The position numbers were made by a program, and so were the translations under genes. A stretch of 64,000 nucleotides of DNA, from NCBI GenBank assembly GCA_041937175.2, contig CP166615.1, forward strand, positions 3,136,001-3,200,000. Reading direction: 5' to 3'. Below are positions 21,667 to 32,483 of the stretch, piece by piece. The notes under the pieces are model-generated. The model did no database searches and was not told the DNA's origin. It was given only the letters and a program-made list of their open reading frames with translations. The number at the start of each line of letters is the position of its first letter. The stretch's first letter is position 1. Source of the DNA: Limnothrix sp. BL-A-16. Its GTDB lineage: Bacteria; Cyanobacteriota; Cyanobacteriia; CACIAM-69d.

Positions 21667-22875
21667 ATGATTCCTGGCTGGACAGTTGCCCGCGCGATCC
21701 CCACTGAAATCCTAGTTGGCTTAGTGGCTGGACAGTACAAACTCTATGGTGGCGTAATTCGTTGGGCTGCTGGAACAGGACAAGGAGGTCAAATTGTTCG
21801 GCATCTAATCCCCATCAGTTCTGATCTCTTTGGCGCTATCCCAGGACTCAGTTTTGTACCGGGAATCATCGCGAATGTCCAACTGCATGACCTACAAAAA
21901 TTAACAGCAGCAAATACTCAGCAACTCCTCCAACTCTCAGGGCAAATTAGCGTCCTGTCTCAATCGACTCAGCAGATTTTGCAAATGGCAACCGGAGCAG
22001 CAGTCTTTTCCGGATTGGGCCTGGCCGTGAGTTCGATTGGTTTTTTGGCCATGAACCACAAGCTCAGCAAAATTGATAGTCGGCTCAAGGAAATTCAGCA
22101 AGAAGTGCAGGCGATCAAATCGTTTCTTGAAAGTAGTGAACGAGCCAAACTTTTCGCCGCTTTAAATGCCTTACTGAAAATTGATGAGCGTACCGATTCA
22201 GCCCATCGCCACACCATTTTGCATCAATCGCGGAACGTCTTGGCGGAGATTCACATGCGCTATCGGGAACTCTTAGCGGAGTCCCAGGCACTGAAAGTTA
22301 CGATCGCCCATGAAGAATATTTTTCTCTCACTGCCTTAGCGCAAATCCGCTGCACCGCAGAGCTAGGAATGCTAGACATTGCTCGCAAGGAAGCACAGGA
22401 AGTCAATGAACTCTGGCAAGCACAAGCCCGCCGCATCGCTAAGGACATTCTGATTGGTGAATACCCCGAGCGATTCCTAGCTACGGATTTTGCAGATACG
22501 GTTCCTGTGACGGAATTAGCCCAATGGATGGACTTTATTCAGCCCGAACAACGGGGATTGGGTTGGGTAGATGAGCTGCGATTGAAGATGAATGAAACCT
22601 GGTACGCCCGAGGCTGGCTCCCGAATCTGGGCAACTTGGGATCGGGACTCAGCCGAAATGTAGGGCTAGGGCTTGACCAGGAAAAGAAAGTGGTGATCCC
22701 AACTCTGCGAAAGCTACTGGCTCGGAGTGCAGTCTTTGAAGGTTATGTCGCCCAATACAAGTTGTTGGAAGACCAACAGCTAACTCCCTCGGCCCTGGAA
22801 GCCAAATTGTTAAGCTTGCCAGAGTCATCAGCAATCAAGGGTTATATCGTTTTGGAGCCAGAGCCAGTGACTTAG
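21667..22875 (+). CDS. Hypothetical protein (central hydrophobic helix plus coiled coil), accessory-like
   Basis: 402-aa ORF, lower GC than neighbours; GGVIRW...GQIVRHL N-terminus; AAVFSGLGLAVSSIGFLAM followed by heptad repeats. Confidence 0.8.
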   Translation: MIPGWTVARAIPTEILVGLVAGQYKLYGGVIRWAAGTGQGGQIVRHLIPISSDLFGAIPGLSFVPGIIANVQLHDLQKLTAANTQQLLQLSGQISVLSQSTQQILQMATGAAVFSGLGLAVSSIGFLAMNHKLSKIDSRLKEIQQEVQAIKSFLESSERAKLFAALNALLKIDERTDSAHRHTILHQSRNVLAEIHMRYRELLAESQALKVTIAHEEYFSLTALAQIRCTAELGMLDIARKEAQEVNELWQAQARRIAKDILIGEYPERFLATDFADTVPVTELAQWMDFIQPEQRGLGWVDELRLKMNETWYARGWLPNLGNLGSGLSRNVGLGLDQEKKVVIPTLRKLLARSAVFEGYVAQYKLLEDQQLTPSALEAKLLSLPESSAIKGYIVLEPEPVT

Positions 22876-23126
22876 GAAGCCTTGACTGAAGGCCTTTTGT
22901 CCGAGACAGCCAATCGCTCAGTTGTGGTGAATTGACTTGAATTCTCCATGCCCCACACCTCTCTCGAAACCCTACAAAACCCAGCGGAAAACCGGGGTAT
23001 ACTAGGATCGCCCCGAAGCTATCTCGATCGACTCCCAGATCAACGATTCAGATCCATGATTCAGATCCATGATCAAAGGGCGATCGCAGGCTTGGGGATT
23101 CAGCCTCGCTCCTAGGTTCTCCACCC

Positions 23127-23564
23127 GTGGAACTGTCATCCAAAAGCGAATATGCCCTCCTGGCCCTGTTGCAACTTGCCGATCGCTACCAAGACGACGA
23201 GCCGTTGCAAATCCGCCAAATTGCTGCCGATCAGGACATTCCCGATCGCTACCTTGAGCAACTCTTAGCCACCCTGCGCCGAGGCGGCTTGGTCAAAAGC
23301 CAACGCGGAGCCAAAGGCGGCTATCTGCTGGCGCGATCGCCCTGGACGATCTCGCTGTTGGATGTGCTGCGGTGTTTAGAAGGAGCCGATGCCAACATTA
23401 CCAACGACGGTGGCCGCGATCGCCCCCTCGAAAGCGCCATCATTTACGAGATTTGGGTTGAAGTGGATCAAGCCGCCAACGACGTGCTGCAACGCTACAC
23501 CCTCCAGGATCTCAAGGATCGTCGAGATGCCCGCAAGCAACTCGACTTGATGTATTACATCTAG
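23127..23564 (+). CDS. Rrf2 family transcriptional regulator (CymR-like)
   Basis: SSKSEYAL, IPDRYLEQLL..LRRGGLVKSQRGAKGGYLL; upstream of cysK. Confidence 0.93.
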   Translation: MELSSKSEYALLALLQLADRYQDDEPLQIRQIAADQDIPDRYLEQLLATLRRGGLVKSQRGAKGGYLLARSPWTISLLDVLRCLEGADANITNDGGRDRPLESAIIYEIWVEVDQAANDVLQRYTLQDLKDRRDARKQLDLMYYI

Positions 23565-23774
23565 GCTCTGGGGATCATGGCTGCCCAGGAGCAACCAAGA
23601 GAACTCAAAAGATCCTGGGGAGGCTCAGGGTGCTTTTGGTTGCTTGGTTTTTGCTGAATTGCTGGCTTCATTGCTGGATGATTCAACCGCTTAATTCACT
23701 GCTTCGTTGTTCGATCCGACCCATGCCATAGGGGCGATCGACCCCCTCAGACCTGACGAGAGAGTTCCAGCCAG

Positions 23775-24740
23775 ATGCCCATGAACGTCGCCAACAACAT
23801 CACCGAACTGATTGGCCGCACTCCCCTAGTTCGGCTCAACCGCCTGCCCCAAGCGGAAGGCTGCCTGGCCGAAGTGCTGGTCAAGCTGGAAAGCATGAAC
23901 CCTTCCGCTTCGGTGAAAGACCGGATCGGCATCAATATGATCGAAGCCGCCGAACAGGCCGGCACGATCATTCCGGGTAAGACCGTTTTGGTGGAACCCA
24001 CCTCCGGGAACACGGGGATTGCCCTGGCCATGGCCGCCGCCGCCAAGGGCTATCAACTGATCCTGACCATGCCAGAAACCATGAGCGCCGAGCGGCGGGC
24101 CATGCTGCGGGCCTATGGGGCGCAATTGGAGCTGACTCCAGGGATTGAGGGCATGGGCGGTTGCATTCGGCGGGCCCAGGACATTGCCAACACAGTTCCC
24201 AATGCCTATATGTTGCAGCAGTTCCGCAACCCGGCAAACCCGGAGATTCACCGTCGCACTACCGCTGAGGAAATTTGGGCCGACACGGACGGCAAGATTG
24301 ATTTCTTGATTTCCGGTGTGGGCACGGGCGGCACGATTACGGGCGTGGCGGAAGTGATGAAGCAGCGGAAGCCGGAATTTCAGGCGATCGCGGTGGAACC
24401 GGCTAACAGTCCGGTGTTGTCCGGCGGATCACCGGGGCCGCACCGGATCCAGGGGATCGGCGCGGGGTTTGTGCCCGAGGTGTTGAAGGTGGATTTAATC
24501 GACGAAGTGATCACCGTAACCGATGACGAGGCGATCGCCTATGGTCGTCGGTTGGCCCGGGAAGAGGGCTTGCTGTCGGGGATTTCCTCGGGCGCGGCGA
24601 TTTATGCGGCGATTCAGGTGGGCCGCCGCCCGGAAAATGCGGGCAAATTGATTGTGGCGATTCAACCCAGCTTTGGGGAGCGCTACCTGAGCACGCCGTT
24701 GTTCCAAGACGCGGAGCCGGTAACGAATATTCCGTTGTAG
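23775..24740 (+). CDS. cysK: Cysteine synthase A
   Basis: PLP motif [32 protein letters not shown]. Confidence 0.97.
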   Translation: MPMNVANNITELIGRTPLVRLNRLPQAEGCLAEVLVKLESMNPSASVKDRIGINMIEAAEQAGTIIPGKTVLVEPTSGNTGIALAMAAAAKGYQLILTMPETMSAERRAMLRAYGAQLELTPGIEGMGGCIRRAQDIANTVPNAYMLQQFRNPANPEIHRRTTAEEIWADTDGKIDFLISGVGTGGTITGVAEVMKQRKPEFQAIAVEPANSPVLSGGSPGPHRIQGIGAGFVPEVLKVDLIDEVITVTDDEAIAYGRRLAREEGLLSGISSGAAIYAAIQVGRRPENAGKLIVAIQPSFGERYLSTPLFQDAEPVTNIPL

Positions 24741-24779
24741 TGGCGGGAGCGATCGCCGGAACAGCAGGGATCAATCCGG

Positions 24780-24807
24780 GTAGGGGCGTACAGCGGTACG
24801 CCCCTAC
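24780..24807. repeat. REP-like GTAG palindrome
   Basis: GTAGGGGCGTAC-agcg-GTACGCCCCTAC between convergent cysK and ald; same family as 53116-53219 and 53747-53850. Confidence 0.8.
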
Positions 24808-24893
24808 AGGGTTGACGGGTTTTGATCGACCCGAATTGGGATGATTTTGATCACACCACAGCAATGGATGGTTCTATCAACCCTTACCCATTC

Positions 24894-25976
24894 CTACAAA
24901 TCAGGGAAAACCGCTTGGACGGCTGGATGTTCGATCCGGCCGTCTTTGATGTTTAGGCCCTTGGCCAAGGTCGGGTCGCGATCGAGTGCGGCCAGTCCGT
25001 GATCCGCCAGGGCCAACACGTAGGGCAAGGTGCTGTTTTCCAGGGCTTGGGTGGAAGTGCGGGGCACAGCACCCGGCATGTTCGGCACGCCGTAATGCAC
25101 TACGCCGCACTCGCTGTAGGTGGGATGGCTGTGGGAGGTGGGGCGCAGGGTTTCGATGCAACCGCCCTGATCGACCGCCACATCAACGATCACGGCTCCG
25201 GTGGGCATCTGTTCCACCAGCGATCGCCCGACCAAGATTGGGGCCCGCCGCCCGGTCACCAACACCGCCCCGATCAGCAAGTCCGTGTCCGGCACAACGG
25301 CTTCGATCGCGGCGCTGCTGCTGTAGAGCAATTCCACCCGCGAGCCAAACAGGGTTTCCAGATCATTCAGGCGATCGACATTCACATCCAAGATTCGCAC
25401 CTTGGCCCCCAAGCCCACGGCCATCTTGGCGGCCTCAGTCCCGACCACGCCGCCACCCAGGATCGTGACGCGGCCCGGCGCAACCCCCGGCACGCCGCCC
25501 AGCAAGACTCCGCGCCCGCCCTGTTGTTTTTCCAGGTAGCGGGCCCCAAACTGCACGGACAACCGACCGGCGATCGCGCTCATGGGGGCCAACAGGGGCA
25601 AGCGGCGATCGGGCGTTTCCACCGTTTCATAGGCGATCGCGCTGATCCCCGATCGCAGCAAGGCTTCCGTTAAGCCCCGCTCCGCCGCCAAGTGCAAATA
25701 GGTGAACAGCAGGGGCGTGGTTTTCAAGAAGCCATATTCACCGGGCAGCGGCTCTTTGACCTTCACCACCAACTCGCAGTCCCAAGCCAAATCCGCCTCG
25801 GGCACAATCTGCGCCCCAGCTGATCGATAGTCCTCGTCGCCAAAGCCCGCACCCGCACCGGCCTGGGTTTCCACCCGCACCGTATGCCCCCGATCGACCA
25901 AGGCCCGCACCCCTTGGGGAGTCAAACCCACCCGAAATTCCAGATCCTTAATTTCCTTGGGAACACCGATTTCCAC
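24894..25976 (-). CDS. ald: Alanine dehydrogenase
   Basis: IGVPKEIK..EFRVGLTP, FTYLHLAA, GGGVVG, DVAVDQGGC, VPNMPGAV. Confidence 0.97.
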   Translation of the reverse strand: MEIGVPKEIKDLEFRVGLTPQGVRALVDRGHTVRVETQAGAGAGFGDEDYRSAGAQIVPEADLAWDCELVVKVKEPLPGEYGFLKTTPLLFTYLHLAAERGLTEALLRSGISAIAYETVETPDRRLPLLAPMSAIAGRLSVQFGARYLEKQQGGRGVLLGGVPGVAPGRVTILGGGVVGTEAAKMAVGLGAKVRILDVNVDRLNDLETLFGSRVELLYSSSAAIEAVVPDTDLLIGAVLVTGRRAPILVGRSLVEQMPTGAVIVDVAVDQGGCIETLRPTSHSHPTYSECGVVHYGVPNMPGAVPRTSTQALENSTLPYVLALADHGLAALDRDPTLAKGLNIKDGRIEHPAVQAVFPDL

Positions 25977-26281
25977 GGGGACTACCTCCTGTTGAAGCGG
26001 TCGTAAGTGGCTAAATGCGCCCGATCGCCCCGTTGCGATTTTGTTGCAGAAACCTTAAGGATTTTGCCCCAAAATCAAAAATCACGGGCGATCGTGCATC
26101 TGTATGGGATCCCCTCTAAGCTAACGGGTCGATCGAAGATCACGGTGTGCCCCTCGTCACAGATGCAGTTTCCAGAGGCCATGACCCGATTACCCAGCCC
26201 CGGCCCGGCCAGCATCCGGGCGATCGCGCCAACCCCTATGCTGTTCAAGCATCCAATTTTTGATTAACAAACCAGCCAACC

Positions 26282-27115
26282 ATGACCATTCAGTGGCAAA
26301 CCGTTAAACCCTACGAAGACATCCTCTACGTCAAAGCCGACGGCATCGCCAAAATCACGATCAACCGCCCCCACAAGCGCAACGCCTTCCGCCCCAAAAC
26401 GGTGTTTGAACTCTACGAAGCCTTTTGTGATGCGCGCGAAGATGCGGCCGTGGGCGTGATTTTGCTGACCGGCGCGGGCCCCCACACCGATGGGAAATAC
26501 GCCTTCTGTGCCGGTGGGGATCAGAGTATTCGCGGGGAAGCGGGCTATGTGGATGAGGCCGGCGTGCCCCGGCTGAATGTGTTGGACTTGCAGCGGCTGA
26601 TGCGATCGATCCCCAAGGTGACGATCGCCCTGGTGGCGGGCTACGCGATCGGCGGTGGCCATGTGCTACACCTGCTCTGTGACCTGACGATCGCCGCTGA
26701 TAACGCGATTTTTGGGCAAACGGGCCCGAAAGTGGGCAGCTTTGACGGTGGCTTTGGGGCTAGCTATTTGGCGCGCATTGTGGGCCAGAAAAAAGCCCGC
26801 GAAATTTGGTTTTTGTGTCGGCAATACGACGCGCAACAGGCCCTGGAGATGGGCCTTGTGAACACCGTGGTACCCGTGGCGGAACTGGAAGCGGAAGGCC
26901 TGCGCTGGGCCCAAGAAGTGCTCGAAAAAAGCCCGATCGCGATTCGTTGCCTAAAAGCTGCCCTGAATGCCGATTGCGACGGGCAAGCGGGCCTGCAAGA
27001 ACTGGCCGGCAACGCCACCATGCTCTATTACATGACCGAAGAGGGTAGCGAAGGAAAACAAGCATTTCTGGAGAAGCGATCGCCCAATTTCCGCCGCTAT
27101 CCCTGGCGACCCTAG
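26282..27115 (+). CDS. menB: 1,4-dihydroxy-2-naphthoyl-CoA synthase
   Basis: [38 protein letters not shown]. Confidence 0.97.
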   Translation: MTIQWQTVKPYEDILYVKADGIAKITINRPHKRNAFRPKTVFELYEAFCDAREDAAVGVILLTGAGPHTDGKYAFCAGGDQSIRGEAGYVDEAGVPRLNVLDLQRLMRSIPKVTIALVAGYAIGGGHVLHLLCDLTIAADNAIFGQTGPKVGSFDGGFGASYLARIVGQKKAREIWFLCRQYDAQQALEMGLVNTVVPVAELEAEGLRWAQEVLEKSPIAIRCLKAALNADCDGQAGLQELAGNATMLYYMTEEGSEGKQAFLEKRSPNFRRYPWRP

Positions 27116-27306
27116 GGTCTATCGTCATTTCCTAAGATCAGGCGAAAACCATTGACTTTTCATATCCCAATCGTCATTTCCTAGGATCAGGCGGAAACGA
27201 TTGACTTTTTATGTCCCAATCGTCGTAACAAGGGGCTTAAGCCCCTTGTCTTCCACGATCTGCTAACGGTGGGATCAGGGTTTTAGGTAATTTAACAACA
27301 GGACTA
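27113..27306. repeat. Composite repeat: 49-bp tandem duplication, 20-bp palindrome and degenerate MITE-like ends
   Basis: 27121-27169 and 27170-27218 are near-identical; CAAGGGGCTTAAGCCCCTTG at 27229-27248; the downstream flank resembles 35180-35234. Confidence 0.7.
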
Positions 27307-27384
27307 AACCCCAATGGACAGACCTTTTCAGGTTTTTGAGGCTCAAAATTACCCTTATCAAATCAGCACAGGATCCCAGCCTAA

Positions 27385-27423
27385 AAAATAAACCAGGAGA
27401 TTCAAGTCCTCCTGGTTTATTTT
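27385..27423. terminator. Probable bidirectional intrinsic terminator
   Basis: Perfect 15-bp stem AAAATAAACCAGGAG / CTCCTGGTTTATTTT with a 9-nt loop between convergent genes. Confidence 0.75.
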
Positions 27424-27688
27424 CCACTTTTGAATGACCGATGATAGGGTGTTGACCCAGTGACCTCAATCAGCCGCCAATGGTGGGTCAAAATTGATTT
27501 CAGCCGTTGTTTCAGTCCCCAGCTCAACCCGTATAGCGATCTTTAAGTATTCATGCTGACAAAGGAGCAACGCGCTAGGGAATGGCTGTCAGAAACTTAT
27601 GGTGTTGGCTCGCCAATGAATTGAGGTCATGATCCATCCTGAAACCATTATTCATCAGGCCTTGATTGCCAACGACATGACTGATCCC

Positions 27689-28030
27689 CTAGGCAATGGA
27701 AGCAGAAGCATTCGATCGCAAAACCGGCGTGGTGGTTGCCAGAGCCGCTTCATTTTTAAACTCCACCGTCGCCACGATTGCCACGCCCGTTTCTGCGGGG
27801 CTGTGAACCAACCGCTCTAACGATTCCCAAGATGGAGCGAATGCTGGCATTGCGAGCGGACAAGCCTTCCAGCCCGCACGAACCACTGCATCAAACTGAC
27901 CGCAATATCCACCACGTCGGCCTTCTGGGGTGTAGTAGCGACAATGGCGGCAAGCAGAAACTTGGAAGGGCGTAGCACTCATATTTTGCACTGCCAACGC
28001 AGAGCGCCGCTGAGAATTTGCTAACTTCAT
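27689..28030 (-). CDS. Small Cys-rich hypothetical protein
   Basis: SACRHCRYYTPEGRRGGYC...WKACPLA.PAF four-Cys motif; ATG start. Confidence 0.75.
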   Translation of the reverse strand: MKLANSQRRSALAVQNMSATPFQVSACRHCRYYTPEGRRGGYCGQFDAVVRAGWKACPLAMPAFAPSWESLERLVHSPAETGVAIVATVEFKNEAALATTTPVLRSNASASIA

Positions 28031-28810
28031 TATGGAATTGAGACGAATAGCTATAAAAGTCCTTAAGACCTAGATCTGCTCTGAGATTCAGCGATCCCAA
28101 ACACTTTTAGAAATTTAGATTATCTTCAGCTTCCGCTTTGGCTTTTTCAGAAATCCTCGTCAGTAGCCCATTGATTTTCCTAAAAAATCAGCTAGGGGAT
28201 CAAAGGAAAACGGTCTAAAATCAGGCATTAATCATTTTGGCGAGTTTTTGTCAATTGCTTTAAAAAGTCTTTAAAAAGCATCATTAATTTCTCCAATGAT
28301 GCTAGGGATCTAGGTTTTTCGTAATGGTAAGTCATGGCAGCCTGGGAGTAAACGGTTACCTGGAATACCATTTTCCAAGAGATGTCATCATACAAAACGC
28401 AATATTCAGCAACATCTCTTGAAACTAGCGAGGGTAACACATTCAAGATCAATTTTTTTTGGACATACTGTTAGATCGAGCAGTGTTTGGATTCGCTATG
28501 AGTTTGCAATTGGGATCAATTGAGCCAAGGCTCTTTTCGGTCACTTTCGCAGGACATTTTCCAGGGAACTTGCCCAGAATTTTGGCGAGTTAATTCTGCA
28601 AGGAATTCCTGCACCAAGTTTCTGATATTTTCCGGAAGCCATCGCCCACACCCACCGCCGCCCACACTCATATGATTGTGGGGTTGTGGTTTCTATAGTT
28701 CTGAAGTTCTGATTTGTGTTTCCGGTTTCCGTTAATCCCTTTTTCAGGCTAGGTTCCAAATCCAAATGCAGGGCAGCTTCCAAATTCAGGCTTCCAAATT
28801 CAGACTGATA

Positions 28811-29401
28811 TCAAGATCCAGAGCCGGATGAACGGGCTTGAGACCAGCGCTCAACCATGCACAAACTACAAACTCCCCAGCGCTCTAATTCCGCTGGTGG
28901 GGTCGATCGCCCGCAATGGGGACAGCAATCATAGCGTTTCAGTTGACTTTGCACGGAAGCGGCCCATTGGGTGAACGCTTCGGTGGCGGTGGCGGGTCGG
29001 GGTCGATCGGGGGGGTGTTGGGATCTTTGGGGCGATCGAGCAGCGGGCCCCAGGGCGATCGACTGAGACCGATTTTCAAACCAGCGGGCCGTCGAAAATC
29101 GCGCGTCGGTCAGGGGCGGGTTGAAGGGGGGCGTAATCGATTGGTTGATTTTGGTGATCAGGCGCGATCGCTCAAACATCAGGGTTTGGGCCCAAGCGGA
29201 ATTGGACACCGCCACCCACAACACCCCCTGATGCACGGAAATGGGGCGGGTGTGACCGGCCAAGGCCTCGCCCACAATGACTCGCCATTGCGCACAAAGT
29301 TGCAGGAAGGATCGGTTTGACTGCCAAGCTGGGTGTTGGTCAAGCCGTTTCAGCAGTCCATCGATCGGGTCAAAGGCCATGGGCAACGCACTGGGGAGCA
29401 A
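28811..29401 (-). CDS. DUF721/DciA family protein with C-terminal Zn ribbon
   Basis: W..IVG..LA.HTRP...GVLWVAVSNSAWAQTL; CPHC...ELERWGVCSLC; start may be ATG 29380. Confidence 0.88.
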   Translation of the reverse strand: MLPSALPMAFDPIDGLLKRLDQHPAWQSNRSFLQLCAQWRVIVGEALAGHTRPISVHQGVLWVAVSNSAWAQTLMFERSRLITKINQSITPPFNPPLTDARFSTARWFENRSQSIALGPAARSPQRSQHPPDRPRPATATEAFTQWAASVQSQLKRYDCCPHCGRSTPPAELERWGVCSLCMVERWSQARSSGSGS

Positions 29402-29720
29402 AGGGGTTAATCAGCAGGGATTTGGGAAATCACCGGGATCGATCGAGCCAGTCAGCCCTCCGGATTTAGCCCATGGCCCTGCTCAACAATTCCGCAAACC
29501 CACTGACAATTCGCAGCGCAGGGTCAGTTCGATCGGGTTAAATTCGATCAGTTCGATCAGATTGAACCAACTCGGATTGAGTTCGCCCAGGCTGCATCAG
29601 CTCAGATCACATCGGCTCAGATTCAAAACCTGTGGAAAAGCCTCATGGGCTAAGCAAACAGCGTTTAATCTGGACAAACGCTTCGCAAAATCTAAAATAG
29701 GCGAGAAGCAAGCCCGCTGA

Positions 29721-29871
29721 GAGGATGTTTGAAAAATATCTTGCAGCCCTAGTCAAGCCCCAATCATTGTCGGGGCAAGGGGCTTAAGCCCCTTGTCTGT
29801 GTCGATCGCTATTGATCGCTATCGATCGCTGGGGAAAGCGGTGTATCCATTTTGGCTTGTCAGACATCCTC
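29721..29871. mobile_element. 151-bp MITE, IS5/IS1031-like ends, TGA target-site duplication
   Basis: Left GAGGATGTTTGAAAA and right TTGTCAGACATCCTC (13/15 inverted match), flanked by TGA on both sides; internal palindrome at 29776-29795. Confidence 0.75.
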
Positions 29872-29970
29872 TGAGGCATTCGTTCAATCTTTTCTGGTCA
29901 CATCTTTCCTGGTCACGCTGAACCATTTGGGTGATTATTTAACCCTGCACCGAGGAGCCTCGAAACCGCT

Positions 29971-31278
29971 ATGAAATTCCGCCCAGCGCGCCAACAACCC
30001 GCGCGATCGGAGACCGAGCCAGCCCTACACCGCCGCCTGTCCTTGGCGTTGGAATGCATGGAGTTGGACTTAGACGCGGAACTCGCGCGCTATCGCCGCC
30101 TGCGGGGCCCTCGCCAAGGCATTGTTCGCCGCTTCTTCCTGAAGCCACCGGAACGGGCCGGAGAACCGCCGCTGTTGGCTTCTGCGGAGGCGCTGGAGGC
30201 TTCTGGGGCCCTGAGCTTGCCCCCGGTTCCTGATACTAGTGATTTGCAAGCGGCTTTGGTTCAGCAAGCCCGCCGCCCGGCTTCGCCTCGATTGCTGACG
30301 GCGGCAGATGAGTTGGGCGAGGATGCATCCTTGGCGGCGAAGTCCGTGGTGCAGGCGGCGATGCTGCTGGAGGGGGCCCAACCGGTGGCCCATGGCAATG
30401 GCTGGGATCGACGGCGGGTGCGCCGGAGACAGGAACCCACCTGGACGGGAATTGGGGTCGGAACGATTTTGGTGATGCTGTCGGGCACAATTTGGACTTA
30501 CTACAGCAACTATCCCGACAGTGACAGTTGGCTGAAGGTGGGCGGATTTTTGGAACGCACGGGCCGGGCGATCGGGCTGAATCAACCGGCCACTCGATCG
30601 CCAGAGCCGGTTTTGGCGGAATTACCCCCGGCGGAACCTACCCCTTTGCCTACGGCTCCTACTGGGGTAACGGTGGATTTGACGCGGGATGAGTTTGCTG
30701 ATTTGAGCCTGGAGAGCCTTTCGGTTTTGGGCGATCGCCCGCCAATGCCCACAGGAACGATCGGGGCGGCCGCCCCTGCCGGAGCCAACTTGGCCCCGCA
30801 ACCGGCCCTCAGCCCCTTGCCGTTTCCCCAAGCCCAGCGGGCCCCAGCCAATTCCCCAGCAGCCCCAGCAGTGGCTAATCCAAGTGCCGATGGGCGCTGG
30901 TACGTATTAGGGCCTTACAGCGGGCCCGCCAGCCTGATTGCCGCGCGTAAACAGGTGGCCGATGCCTATGTGCGGGAATTGCCGATCGGGCGGCGAATTC
31001 AGTTTGGAGCCCTGGACAATGCACAACAGGCCAACCAGCTCATTCAGCAACTGAAGGCGGCTGGAATTCCCGCCACGGTCTATCGCCCCGCCGCCCCCAG
31101 TCCGGCCGCTAGCCCAGGGGCCAAACCTAGCCCGAATGCGAATAGTGCCAATCGCAACCAACCCAATAATCGCAACGCCACTAACCGTAACCAGCCCAAT
31201 AATCGCAATCAATCCGCGGCCGGCAACCGTTCCCAACCCAGCTCCAGCCCGAAACCCAGTCCCCGAACCAATCCGTAA
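29971..31278 (+). CDS. Membrane-anchored hypothetical protein, possible SPOR-like C-terminal domain
   Basis: LDLDAELARYRR N-terminus, one TM, Pro-rich linker, DAYVR...IQFGAL...ANQLIQQLKAAGI. Confidence 0.75.
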   Translation: MKFRPARQQPARSETEPALHRRLSLALECMELDLDAELARYRRLRGPRQGIVRRFFLKPPERAGEPPLLASAEALEASGALSLPPVPDTSDLQAALVQQARRPASPRLLTAADELGEDASLAAKSVVQAAMLLEGAQPVAHGNGWDRRRVRRRQEPTWTGIGVGTILVMLSGTIWTYYSNYPDSDSWLKVGGFLERTGRAIGLNQPATRSPEPVLAELPPAEPTPLPTAPTGVTVDLTRDEFADLSLESLSVLGDRPPMPTGTIGAAAPAGANLAPQPALSPLPFPQAQRAPANSPAAPAVANPSADGRWYVLGPYSGPASLIAARKQVADAYVRELPIGRRIQFGALDNAQQANQLIQQLKAAGIPATVYRPAAPSPAASPGAKPSPNANSANRNQPNNRNATNRNQPNNRNQSAAGNRSQPSSSPKPSPRTNP

Positions 31279-31481
31279 ATCAGCCGGCCATCCGCCGGTC
31301 AAGTCAGCAGCCAGCAAGGAAGTCAGCATCAGTCAGCAAGTGATGATTGATTGATCGGTAATTGATCAATTGCTGACGAATGCTGACGAATGCTGACGAA
31401 CCGTATCGGCATCACCCCCCAAAGGCCCCACCGAACGATCGAAGCGATAGGATCGGGGCAAGAGCCAGAAGGAGATCGAGC

Positions 31482-32144
31482 GTGGGACTATTGCAGCGAC
31501 TTGGGAAGCTGGTGCGCGCCAATGTGAACGCGGCGATCACCCAGGCGGAAGATCCTGAACAGGCCTTGGATCAGGCCCTGATGGACATGCAGGATGATTT
31601 GGTGCAGTTGCGCCAAGCGGTGGCCCAGGCGATCGCCACCCAAAAGCGCACGGAGCGACAACGGGAGGCCGCCGCCCAAGCCGCTGAGGATTGGTATCGG
31701 CGGGCCCAACAGTTACTGAATGTTGGCGATGAACCGGGGGCGCGATCGGCCCTCAGCCAAAGTCACGGTCAGCAAGACGCAGCCGCCCACCTTCAGGAAC
31801 AGTGGGAAACCCAACGGGAGACGATCGCCCAACTGCGCAGCACCCTGCGGGATTTGGAAGCCAAACTGCTGGAAACTCGCACCAAGCGCGATTTGTACGT
31901 GGCCCGCGCCCGATCGGCCATGGCCACCCAGCGAATGCACGACACTCTGAATTACCTGAGCCGGCCCAACAATCCGCTGGAGCGTTTGGAGTCTTGGACC
32001 ATGGAACTCGAAGCTCGTGCCCAGTTGTCCCAAACCGCCGGTCGCGATCCACTGGAGCAATCTTTTCAAGCCCTAGAATCTAACCAGCGCCTAGAGCGGG
32101 ACTTAGAACAACTGAAAGCCCGTCGTCCCCCAGAGCTTCGGTAA
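31482..32144 (+). CDS. pspA: PspA/IM30 family protein (PspA-like paralogue)
   Basis: (M)GLLQRLGKLVRANVN...AEDPE...LRQAVAQAIA; GTG start after AAGGAG; lacks the Vipp1 C-terminal extension. Confidence 0.85.
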   Translation: MGLLQRLGKLVRANVNAAITQAEDPEQALDQALMDMQDDLVQLRQAVAQAIATQKRTERQREAAAQAAEDWYRRAQQLLNVGDEPGARSALSQSHGQQDAAAHLQEQWETQRETIAQLRSTLRDLEAKLLETRTKRDLYVARARSAMATQRMHDTLNYLSRPNNPLERLESWTMELEARAQLSQTAGRDPLEQSFQALESNQRLERDLEQLKARRPPELR

Positions 32145-32483
32145 TTCAGCAGCAACACAAGTCCGCCCTAGGGCAACTCCCGGCAGCAATTCCCAGCGGC
32201 GATTCCCAAACCTCCTAGCCGCCAAAATCCCCGGTCTTGGGCAATTGCACAGGGCCCGGGCCCATCGGCCCCCCAATAGCCGATCGCGGCGGGAGAGCTA
32301 ACCGAACTTGCCATGGGCCGCTGATTTTCGGTATCTAGGCTAATAGGACGATCGCAACTGCCGGTCTTGATCACGCGGCCGTTGACCGATGGAGTTGGTA
32401 GTTTGGATAAAGCAGTTGGCCTTGGGGCCAAGCTTCCCAATCCCGATCGCTTCCCCGATTTAACCAGCAGGAGAGCCACCGTC

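Noticed and set aside
27121..27218. 49-bp duplication as CRISPR
   Set aside because: Two contiguous units, no spacer
28228..28783. Short ORFs in the AT-rich intergenic region
   Set aside because: Non-ATG starts and no motifs; more likely promoter/UTR DNA
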